This document shows, in pieces, positions 1-9,951 of a DNA stretch of 64,000 nt. Where the stretch lies: the NCBI GenBank assembly GCA_002269645.1, contig NIVC01000829.1, positions 372,001-436,000 of the forward strand, written 5' to 3'. Numbering within the stretch: the stretch's first letter is position 1; every line of letters starts with the position of its first letter. Under the pieces are notes generated by a model. That model did not search any database. It had not been told where the DNA came from and saw only the letters and a list, made by a program, of their open reading frames with translations. Made by a program: the position numbers and the translations under genes. The DNA comes from Macrostomum lignano. Lineage: Eukaryota.

Positions 1-43
1 TCGGCTCAGTTTTACTCAAATCCTTCTGCCTCATCCTTGGCAG

Positions 44-580
44 TGCCGCGCACAGGTCGGCATGAGCGTGAAGCACACCTATGTGTGGCTCCACCCGGAC
101 GCCTGTCCGTTCGGCACAATCCAGCACGAGATTCTGCACGCTCTGGGTCGGTATCACGAGCAGTGCCGACCAGACCGAGATAAATATGTCACTCTGCTTC
201 CACAAAATATGGCAGCATATGAGTGCGCAAACTACTACATCACAATGGATGGGCCGGACCCGAGTCTAAAGCTCACCTACGACAGCGCATCGATCATGCA
301 CTACGGCTCCTGTCACTTCTCCTGCAACGGTGCCTACACCATGATCAAGAAATCTGACGGGTCTAAAATCGAACCCAACCGACAGTCCATGACCAAGCTG
401 GATGTGGACAAAATGAGGGCGCTGTATCCCAAAGAGTTCAAGGTGCCGTACAGTGAGAGCATGTGCGCCGAAGATGGCGTCGTTGAAAAACGAGGTAAAA
501 AAACTTTCGGCCAAAGTTGCCGCATTCTGATAATAATTTCAATTTGTCTGACATGGATGTGGTCTTCTGCTTTTGTCTGA
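44..580 (+). CDS. Astacin-family (M12A) zinc metalloprotease, copy 1, terminal exon only (gene starts upstream of the window)
   Basis: Acceptor ccttggcag at 43, then CRAQVGM... HEILHALGRYHEQCRPDRD matches the astacin HExxHxxGxxHExxRxDRD signature and SIMHY is the Met-turn. Hydrophobic C-terminus RILIIISICLTWMWSSAFV*. Confidence 0.92.
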   Translation, partial: CRAQVGMSVKHTYVWLHPDACPFGTIQHEILHALGRYHEQCRPDRDKYVTLLPQNMAAYECANYYITMDGPDPSLKLTYDSASIMHYGSCHFSCNGAYTMIKKSDGSKIEPNRQSMTKLDVDKMRALYPKEFKVPYSESMCAEDGVVEKRGKKTFGQSCRILIIISICLTWMWSSAFV

Positions 581-918
581 ATTATTGCACACATCTGCAA
601 CTCATTTCTACCGAAGCAGTAAAATATACTCGAAAAAGTTGAATAATTTTATTTTTCATGCATCCTTACAAAACTGTGAAGAAACTGAGTGTTTTTTAAT
701 ATACAATTATTAATTTAACCATCATTTGTACGCATTTTTTCCTAATTTTCTTGTGTCCCAATAATAGTCTGCAAATTTTGTATAGGAAACCTAACCAAAC
801 CAACGAAATATTTCACCTTGCTCTAGGCGTCGTATCAGGTTTGTTTGATGCGAAAATGTATTGCAGTTATGAAGTATATAAACATTAAATTGTGGAGATA
901 AAAAGCTACAAAAAACTA

Positions 919-1316
919 GGGGCGCCAGCACCAAGGGGCGCCAGCACCAAGGGGCGCCAGCACCAAGGGGCGCCAGCACCAAGGGGCGCCAGCACCAAGG
1001 GGCGCCAGCACCAAGGGGCGCCAGCACCAAGGGGCGCCAGCACCAAGGGGCGCCAGCACCAAGGTGCGCCAGCACCAAGGGGCGCCAGCACCAAGGTGCG
1101 CCAGCACCAAGGTGCGCCAGCACCAAGGGGCGCCAGCACCAAGGGGCGCCAGCACCAAGGGGCGCCAGCACCAAGGGGCGCCAGCACCAAGGGGCGCCAG
1201 CACCAAGGTGCGCCAGCACCAAGGGGCGCCAGCACCAAGGGGCGCCAGCACCAAGGGGCGCCAGCACCAAGGGGCGCCAGCACCAAGGGGCGCCAGCACC
1301 AAGGGGCGCCAGCACC
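919..1316. repeat. GC-rich minisatellite, 16-bp unit GGGGCGCCAGCACCAA, about 25 copies
   Basis: Near-perfect tandem units with an occasional GGTG variant. Explains the repetitive ORFs at 791-1438. Confidence 0.97.
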
Positions 1317-1580
1317 CAGCTACTGCAAAGTTACGCCAGACAATAGGAAAGTACAAAGTTCCTAAAGTCCAAAGTGCTTTAAAATTTGACCATAGACTCA
1401 ATCTGATTCTGCTACTTCTGCACAGCTATGGAGAATGATATCGCATTTTCGTTTGAGATGCACACAATGCAGACCGAAGCTCCTAAAAAAGGGGTTGTTT
1501 TTGTCTATTTTTTTCGAAAATGAGCAGCCGAATCTGCCATGAAGCTGCCGGCGTCTTCAAAGGCTGCAAAAAATTCTGCA

Positions 1581-4245
1581 ATGCAGTGGCCAACTCTGCT
1601 AATCGTTGCTGCAACTTGTTGTGTTGGTCTGCAGGCGTTGCCTGTAAATCAGGCCGCTAGCAAAAGCAATAAAAACAGCAACAATAAGAATCTCCAGTGC
1701 CCATACTTTCAAAATAAGAGCTGCAGTTGCACGGCTGCCATAAAAAGTTCAGTAAGTTTGAGTTCTTAGCAATGAATATATAATTATAGTTATTTAGCTA
1801 TGTGCCACAATCAATTGGATCTTCGCAGAAGGGCCATGTCCGTCCCCTTGCAGGCATTAGCCTGTAAGTATGCAGGCATTTCTAACGTCACGGATAACTG
1901 TTAGTTTAATAAGATATGTAATTTTTACTTTTAAAAAATCTAGTTATAAATGTTAGCTTGTTTGCGAGTAAGATTACCAAAAGCATATACTGTTAAACAA
2001 AATTAAAATGACTATATATGTATCTTGTTAATTAAAGCTAAATTAATATTTAACTCGAATATTTAAGGTTTAACTTATAACTTTTTTAATTCCGCGATCC
2101 TATCTGAACAATACATTCCAGACTGGTGGATATCCGCCAATCAAGGACACCCTCCTGAGGTAAAGAGAAAAGTATTTGAATGAATATGTTTTTTGCTAAA
2201 TATATAACATTCATGAATGTCACTGTACAATGTATTGATAGACAATCCATATTTATTTCCTCAGAAATTCAATGGGCCAAATCGAAAAAACCCCGTACGG
2301 AACCGAATATCTGGTGATTGACGACATGGTGTTTCCCAGGAGTCCACCGCCATCGTCCAGGGGACAGGCCGATCGGGCGAGTTCTGACACCTTGGACCCG
2401 AACTACAACTTGAACATGAAGTTCTGGCCTGGCGGCATCATATTCTACTTGATTGATCCCTCATTCAGCTTCGATTACTCAAAGAAGATTCTCGAGGCAA
2501 TGAAAATTATCCAGGAAAATGTTGGCGAGGAGCATTTGGAGTTCAAGGCGGCGCAAACCTCAAGCGGTGAAATCTGCCGCAAAGGCTACATGCACATCAT
2601 TAATGATGTGAACAAACTGGTGAGTCGGCACGAAGTTGGCTGATGTTAATTAAGCATATATGGAATTTGAACAGGATTAGCTCATTCCATAGTCTCCAGT
2701 GGGGTTGTAGTTGCTGCTAAGTTTCAAATCGACAAAGCAATCCACAGTCATAAATGCAAGGACACGTTCGCAGGGGGGACGCCGTCATGCCATTCTGTTG
2801 ACCCCTGAGCATACACGGAACATAGGATACGTACGCTTATATACGAGCGTACGTACGCAGAGTATACATGACAATAATAATGATTGAGGGTGCCACCGAA
2901 TTCGTCAAAATCTAATTCGTCAACTTGACGTCTGTTGACGAATTCGGTTTACCTTACAATGCACTGTTGACGAATTTCAGTTTACCTGAAAATACGTACG
3001 CTATTTATTAGTATATTTGCTACACGCTAAAAATTTAAAGACAAAAAGCCTATTGAAAAGACACATGTAAGATAACGAAGGAGGATCAGGGTTTTTATTT
3101 GATATTAATTTTTTACAAGCTGCTAATTCCCGCAGATTTTAAACCCACTGATTTCCAATATTAAATTCCCGGAACTATTTTTGCACGCATTTTGAAATCT
3201 GAAGTTCAAAACCTTGTTAATGGTTGAAATAAACAAAACTTGGGATTAAATTTGAATTATAGTGACGTACTTCACTCGAGAGATGCAATAAAGTGTAATA
3301 AAGCATACGCAGCACACAAACCGTTATACCCGATGGACTCTTGATATACTTGTAATTGTATCTGGATATACTCAACTATGTACAACGTGGTATTATGTAC
3401 ATAGTATGGATCGCCGAATGACGAATTCGCTCAGCTTGTTTTAACTGTTGAGGAATTCGATTTCCACGAATTTCTTAAACTTTAGGTCTGTTGACGAATA
3501 GTTTGTTGACGAATTCGATGTACATGTAACACATAATGCCCAATTGGACCAGATGTGCAACCGACAGCTCAGCCGCAGATCTACGTTTCAGTGGAAGAAA
3601 CCTAAAATCAATGATAAATTTATTAGCAAAATTCAAATAAATAGCATCTTAATTCAGTTTTAACAATACTAGCTTATACTCATTAATTTTTTATCACAGT
3701 GCCGGGCTGAGGTTGGCATGCAGCCAACGTTTACCCGCGTGTGGCTTCACGAGGACTCCTGTCCGTTCGGCACAATCCAGCACGAGATTCTACACGCTCT
3801 GGGTCGGTATCACGAGCAGTGCCGGCCAGACCGAGATAAATATGTCACTCTGCTTCCCCAAAACATTGCAGCATCGGAGTGCTCAAACTACTACATCACA
3901 ATGGATGGGCCGGACCCGAGTCTAAAGCTCACCTACGACAGCGCATCGATCATGCACTACGGCTCCTGTCACTTCTCCTGCAACGGAGCCTACACCATGA
4001 TCAAGAAATCTGACGGGTCTAAAATCGTAGCTAACCGACAGTCCATGACCAAACTGGATGTGGACAAAATGAGGGCGCTGTATCCCAAAGAGTTCAAGGT
4101 GCCCTATTATATGGGCATGTGTTCCGGTAATACTCGCAAGGGGAAGAAGATGTCTGCTCGAAAAGTCGCTGGTTTGTCCAAACGGTCTACGCTCTCATTT
4201 TTGGCTTTTCTCAGTTTTTTGGCACACCGCTATCCATTATTGTGA
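1581..4245 (+). CDS. Astacin-family zinc metalloprotease, copy 2, secreted, multi-exon
   Basis: Proposed exons 1581-1751 (signal peptide MQWPTLLIVAATCCVGLQA), 2122-2159, 2265-2619 and 3700-4245; GT-AG junctions with phases 0/2/0 all consistent. Pro-region YLVIDDMVF, mature-domain FWPGGIIFY, HEILHALGRYHEQCRPDRD, SIMHY. The 5' exon structure is less certain. Confidence 0.88.
2890..3525. mobile_element. MITE-like insertion in an astacin intron
   Basis: Left CGAATTCGTCAAAATCTAATTCGTCAAC is an imperfect inverted repeat of right GTTGACGAATAGTTTGTTGACGAATTCG, with several subterminal TTGACGAATT motifs. No TSD found. Confidence 0.6.
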
Positions 4246-5379
4246 CACGGCGACGATGGCGGTAGTTTTGTTTTAAATATAGAGTTTCTCATTTATTGGT
4301 GGAACAAAAAATATATGGAAGATGGCTAAATGTTTTCGTGATTAAAATTGACTTTTTTGTTCTTCAACCGATAACCTAACGTATTACAATGAATGTGTTA
4401 AAATTCTAATTTCTTATTATTGATAGTACGAATTCCATCTCATTGGTTGGAAATAATTATACGCGAGTACTTATAAGATATATGCCAAAAAGGAATCTCT
4501 AAAATCTACAAAGGTTAGTACATGTACTTTGACTACTATATAGCTATATCTGTCTGTTCATACGAAACTTCAACAAGAGTTCTTCTACGGCTGCTTCTTT
4601 ACCTTTAAAAACCATTAATTTCCATCCGTTTCAAATGAACATCGATCGGAGCGAATATTGAAAGCTGAGAATTTCTCCAACCATTTCTTAGCGGGAAATT
4701 TTTCACAGTCCTGCACCGCATGGTCCGCGACTTCCTTCATAGAATTATACAAGCCTTTTAGTGTATAATTTCAATTAAAGCACTGAAGCAGGATTTATAT
4801 GCGAAGTATGGAGATTCTACTTAAAAATTGGATTAAAGTACTTTAATATCGTCACAATCACAATATACCTGGCAGTGTCATTTGTTGGGTGTGCATGTGG
4901 AGTTCAACGTCAAAGTTTCTATAAAGGCCGCCATATCCAGTAGAATCAAAGTGATCTCTTTTGAGTCAGCTGGATAATCTACGTACATCTACCTCGTGTA
5001 GTTTATTTTTCAACTATGAGCTTGTCTCCAGATATTTAATTTATCGAACTAGGCGTATTTACTACTGGGAGTAGTATTTTGTCTCCCCCTTTTGTCTCCA
5101 ATTCGCCAGAAAAGGGGACCAATTATAAATTACCAAATGCTGAATACTTTTCTACTCTGAGAGTTTATACTTTCAGGATGCCCATCGATAATGATTGCAA
5201 TCGTTACTCTCTGAGTAAGGGGTGTTAGACGCGCCAGAGGGTGCCGCTGTACATATCGCTGTACTTTGGCGGGGGGTTGAGGTGTGGGGGTGTTGGCCGC
5301 GCCGGCCAGCTTAAAGCCTCTGCACCCGGCCCGGCTTGGCTCCGCCGCCATTTCTCAATTTTTTTGCTCAGCCACCGCC

Positions 5380-6495
5380 ATGAGTGCCAGCCCAAAGCGA
5401 CTAAACGTGCGCCAACTCAAGGCTGAGCTGCGAAACAGAGGCCTGCCTACTACGGGCCGCAAACAACAGCTTGCCAAGCGCTTGTCTACTGCACTCGGTT
5501 TAGAGCAACCTGACGAAGACTTCAACAACTCCGAGATGACTTCTGCTCCGGACGCCGAAGACGGCATCGGCAGCGCGGGCGAGGCGCCTCCGGGGGCGGG
5601 GAGCGACCGGCTGGCTGCGCTGCGGCAGGAGGTGGAGCTGCTCGAACTGCAAGTCCTGGAAGGCCGTCGTCGGGATCTTCAGCAACAGCTTCACACTCAG
5701 CAGCGCTTGACGGCTCAGCCCCAGCCAGCATCATCATCAGGTGAGCATAACGCACATGCCAGTCTGCAGTTGCCCGAGGTTTTTGAATCTGGGATGAGGG
5801 AGGCGGCTCAGCTTCAGGCCGCTAATTGCCAGGCTCCGACTCGCAAGTTGCATCCAGTCAGAGACCACATCAAGCTAGCCAGAGGACCCGGCTCAGCCAG
5901 TCAGGAGCAGTTGATCGCCACTATGGAGAATGGCTCGCTCACATTCAGAAAGCAGGAGCCGAAGCTGTCTAGTATCTCTGCTGGTCAGTGGATCGCGGCC
6001 AACTCGATCATCTTGCAAAAGCTGATCAAGGAAAAACTCCCGGCGGCTGCTGGAAGCACTGATGGTCTCCTGACTGACGTCCTTGGCTACCTTGACTACA
6101 ATCGCAAGATTGGAGAGCTGCTGGCTGCTGACTACCCGGAGTCCGTAATCTGGGAGTTTGACGAGGACTACCGGAGGCTGGTTGCGGAGTCGGGCATGGC
6201 GTGGGGTGAGGAGCCCCCTCAGTTGTACCACAAGCACCTCAACGCCCCCAGAAACCTGCGGTTCACGTTCGCTAAGCAGCCCAGCCAGCAGCAAATCCCG
6301 GCAGCAACCAGGCCGATCTGTCTGCGCTTCAACTGCGAGTCCGGATGCAACCGCCAGAACTGCAAGTTCCGCTACGTCTGCAAAATCCAAGGCTGCCTGG
6401 CAGCGCACCCGGCTCACGCTCACACGCAGTCGCCGCAGTCATTACTCACCGGACAGCTGCCGGGTCACGTGACCGGTGCGAGTGCAAAAAACTGA
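5380..6495 (+). CDS. ORF1 (gag-like) of the DIRS/Ngaro element, with N-terminal SAP domain and C-terminal Cys/His knuckle
   Basis: ATG in GCCACCGCCATG context. LNVRQLKAELRNRGLPTTGRKQQLAKRL is SAP-like; coiled coil; ICLRFNCESGCNRQNCKFRYVCKIQGCLAAHPAHAH. Uninterrupted ORF. Confidence 0.75.
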   Translation: MSASPKRLNVRQLKAELRNRGLPTTGRKQQLAKRLSTALGLEQPDEDFNNSEMTSAPDAEDGIGSAGEAPPGAGSDRLAALRQEVELLELQVLEGRRRDLQQQLHTQQRLTAQPQPASSSGEHNAHASLQLPEVFESGMREAAQLQAANCQAPTRKLHPVRDHIKLARGPGSASQEQLIATMENGSLTFRKQEPKLSSISAGQWIAANSIILQKLIKEKLPAAAGSTDGLLTDVLGYLDYNRKIGELLAADYPESVIWEFDEDYRRLVAESGMAWGEEPPQLYHKHLNAPRNLRFTFAKQPSQQQIPAATRPICLRFNCESGCNRQNCKFRYVCKIQGCLAAHPAHAHTQSPQSLLTGQLPGHVTGASAKN

Positions 6496-6880
6496 TGCCA
6501 TTTTATCCAGCTGACTGCTCTGCTTTTAATTCCGATTTTTCTGCTTTTACTTCTTCGCTGCCCATCTCGTCTGACCTGCAACCTGACGCCTGGGGTGCTC
6601 TGCTCAGCGACGACTCAGACCGCGACTTTCTGATGCAAGGCGTCGTCAACGGTTTCGCTCTCACCAATGCTGGCCAGCCACCTTTGACTTCGTCCAAGAA
6701 CCACGCCTCCGCCCTGCTGCACCGCTCTGCTGTGGAAGCCCAGGTCGAGGAGGAGCTGCGCCTTGGGAGGTACATCCAATGGAGCGGCCCGATCAAAATC
6801 AACCCCATCGGTGCCCTTCCCAAGTCCAACGGGCGGGTCCGCCTGATCCATTACCTGTCCTATCCGACCGGCCAGTCTGT
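6495..6880 (+). pseudogene. Truncated ORF2 (reverse transcriptase N-terminus) of the DIRS/Ngaro element
   Basis: Starts at an ATG overlapping the ORF1 stop (TGATG). LQPDAWGALL..DRDFLMQGVVNGF and AVEAQVEEELRLGRY precede the RT motif; HDLS reads HYLS; breaks off after GQSV. Confidence 0.75.
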
Positions 6881-7665
6881 CGCGCCCTGCTCTAACTGTG
6901 ACTGTGCATGCGGGGTCGCGAATTTTGTTGTTGTTGTTGTTGTTGTTCCCGATAAGAAAAAAAAACAAAAATATCGATTTGGCAAAAAACAATTGAATGT
7001 AAAACGATTTTTGACTTGAAACTAAAATTTACCTTCTGAAATCTGTCTTTATGTAAAAAATCAGCTTCACAGACCTTACTGTTGCTTCAGTGCACGTCTC
7101 CAATCTTGCATAGCGTGATGTTGAAACGTCAGAAACTGTACGATTTCGTAGCTACAAAGGTTTGTAGCGTTGAATTTGTAAAATAACCAGCTTATACTCG
7201 TAGGTAATTATATAGAACAACAGCAACAAAAAAATATGCAGTCCCCCAGTAGTCAGGGGAGGGAGCGTCAGATGGCATGTGGAAGCTCTAGCAGGCGAAG
7301 AATCCATTGCCCGGCCCATTGATCGACGGTGTCGGGCGCCCCAACGTTGCTCAGGATTTAGTCCACGTATCTCCGTGTCCTCGATCGCTTGAGCCCGCTG
7401 ACGAACGGTTCCCGCAAAGTGAGCGGCTGGATGTCCTGGACAGGCTTGGGCAATAGCTAGCCCGGATCTGCACGTAGCGCCTGTCAGTTGGAGTCGCCGT
7501 CTCGGCGCGGGATGGTACATATGTTTTTTTTGTCTTGCAGCTGTGCGTTCCTCTCGCACAGGTCCTTGGACGGGACGCTTTTGTCAGCCTGAACGCATGG
7601 AGCAGCCCCACGGGCCGAGTGCTCCAATTGTCTAGCTGTTGCTCCAGCGCGTGGCCGTTAACATC

Positions 7666-7984
7666 GGGACGCTAGAATTCGCACGACTGGATTTCGCGCG
7701 ATCTGGCATTGAAGCGCGCGAATTCTTTCTAGCGACTGGATTTCACGCGACTGGATTTAAATCCGGTCGATCGAAATCCAGTTGCGCGAAATTCAGTCGC
7801 GCAAAATCCAGTCGGACGAAATACTGCAGTCGTGCGAAATCTAGCCGCTTGAAATGCATGTAAGTCGCGAGAAATGATGCAGTCGATTCAATTTCAAGTC
7901 GCCTAAAATCATCCGATTCGCGCAAAATCCTGGCGTGCAGAAAACAATTAGCGCAAAATCCAGTCGCGCGAATTCTAGCGTCCC
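7666..7984. mobile_element. Foldback MITE with internal CGACTGGATT / AATCCAGTCG arrays
   Basis: Left GGGACGCTAGAATTCGCACGACTGGATTT and right AAATCCAGTCGCGCGAATTCTAGCGTCCC form a near-perfect TIR. No TSD recognised. Confidence 0.75.
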
Positions 7985-8713
7985 TTAAACACGCACGTTT
8001 CAGCGTTGTCAAGCAAGACAGTCTCAACAGCCGAACCCTCTGATGATCGGGCAGCGCTTTGGACTGAAGGATGACGCGAATCGACCGGTAGGCCGTCGAC
8101 GTTCAAGCAAGTCCTCTCGATCTAGATCTGCGTCGCCGAATTTCGTCCTCAACGTTGGGCACCAAACCGCCGAGGTGAACCGCTGACAGCATGCGCGAGG
8201 TTGGTCGTCTGCCTGTCTGCGCCGCGGCATGTCAGCTCCGCTGGGATATCGGCTCGCTGAGATGGTCATGCCAGTGCCTTAGTCTTCAGCGTCGACAAAT
8301 AGGCAGACGCTTTGATGCCACCTCGACCAACCTTAATCTAGCGCTGTGCACCATCAACAGTTGAGGACAGGAGTGTGAGGTCGTCGGCGTAGCCCAGAAA
8401 CGCTCAGGCGCTTCTCGTTGTGGCGACGACCAATGTGTCTGCACAGCAGGAAGCCATCGCCTGCTGAGGGGGGTGCGTTCCAAGAGCTGCATAATCCATG
8501 CCAGGAGCAGCATGAAGAGGAACGGCGCTAGGATGTGTCGCTCTGTGTAGCACTCCTAAAAGAAGCTTCAGACCCGTCTGCCGTCACCACAGCGTATCAC
8601 CATACAGCGATATGATGGCACCAACTAGCTGCTGGGGACTCGACAGGTTCGTAGAGAAAAGGAAGTGCTGCACATAGCACTGAATCAAATGCCATAATAA
8701 TTTTTAAAAACCC

Positions 8714-8802
8714 TAACAAATTCCGAGTAAAGGCCGAGACCTTTCACGACGGCCGAGACCTTTCACAGAGTCGTGAAAGGTCTCGGCCCTTCGGAGTTTG
8801 TA
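8714..8802. repeat. Short hairpin or collapsed TIR element
   Basis: GGCCGAGACCTTTCACGAC (8732-8750) is the exact reverse complement of 8770-8788. A partial direct copy lies at 8751-8766, and the outer flanks ACAAATTCCGAG / CTTCGGAGTTTGT are also inverted. Confidence 0.7.
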
Positions 8803-9951
8803 ACCCCTTTAATTTCCTTTTTTCCGAGGTTCATGCTGGCGCGTGCAGACTAAATTCATATGCAATTATTTCCAGCTTGTACATTGTTTCATTTTACGAA
8901 ATTGTACTTAAATTCATAATCACACGCATGGGCCCGCGTCACCACGGGGGACAGGGGCCGACATCGGGACAACTGTGCATATGTCCCCTGGCCTGAGTAA
9001 AAGCTATGAAAAAGCGAACAAAATGAGTGTTTGTTTGGCAACAAAATTGAGTGTTAACAACACCGATATCCAAAATAATATATATAGGAATATCGTCATT
9101 TAGAATTCTTTACTTTGTCCCTAACCATAAAATCCATAGCGACGCGCTGATGCACCTGATCACATGCAAGCTAAGGACTACATCTAATTTTGCAACATAT
9201 TTACATGTATTTGATCAATTAGATTTGTAATAATGTCTGCGAGAAATCACAATTATTAATCATTCAAAGTACACTACAATACGATTGGATTAATTTAAGT
9301 ATTTACTGTATCAAGCTAATGATAGAATTTTTACGACAATTACATGTATTCTTCTAGAGAAGTAACGTCATAGTCTTATAAATTACATGTATCTTATATT
9401 TTTATTTCAATATTTTTATTTCACATGTAATATTCAAAACCCATGTTTAAGGACCTAGCTTAAACTTTTTACGATTTTTTGCGTTAATTATAACAATTAT
9501 TTGAATTGCTATTAGTTAATTAATTAATTTAACACAATATTTTTTAGTTCAAAGTAATTTTAGTTAACTTAATAATTGTATTTAAAGTACTACTGCCTTT
9601 ATCAAGTGTAAAAATTAGAACGAAACATTTATAAATGTCTACTAGTTTCTTTGTTTATTCATTCTACATATTAATTAATTATTTTTATCACATTTGAAAG
9701 AGTTCTTACTTCATATCGTTATCGTCACATTATCACATACAAACGATAGATGATAGATCGAGCTGAGCACCAAATCGAACCGTGGTTTATTTTAATATTC
9801 GCCTATATTTTATAGTGCTTGTTTCTACCAAAAATATAAACGAAAAAAACTTAAAAAAAATATAGTATTTTAATTCAAGTTTTTTAACATTGATGTCAAT
9901 TTCATTTTTTAAAGCAGTAAACATTTGTTTCAATACGCGTTGAAACATATT

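Larger units (their letters stand above)
5240..6880 (+). mobile_element. DIRS/Ngaro-type tyrosine-recombinase retrotransposon, 3'-truncated
   Basis: Gag-like ORF1 followed by the N-terminal part of an RT with INPIGALPKSNGRVRLIHYLSYPTGQSV (DIRS/Ngaro SPxGxVPK..G..RLIHDLSxP motif). Similarity stops near 6880; no RNase H or recombinase seen. Confidence 0.8.

Noticed and set aside
791-1438. Long repetitive ORFs (LAPLGAGAPWCWRP, HQGAPAPRGASTK)
   Set aside because: Translations of a stop-free 16-bp minisatellite on both strands; no unique coding sequence.
7150-8600. GC-rich stretches and short ORFs after the DIRS fragment, as a possible RNase H or recombinase continuation
   Set aside because: No recognisable motifs in the frames tried, and multiple stops. 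Probably decayed TE sequence, but not assignable.
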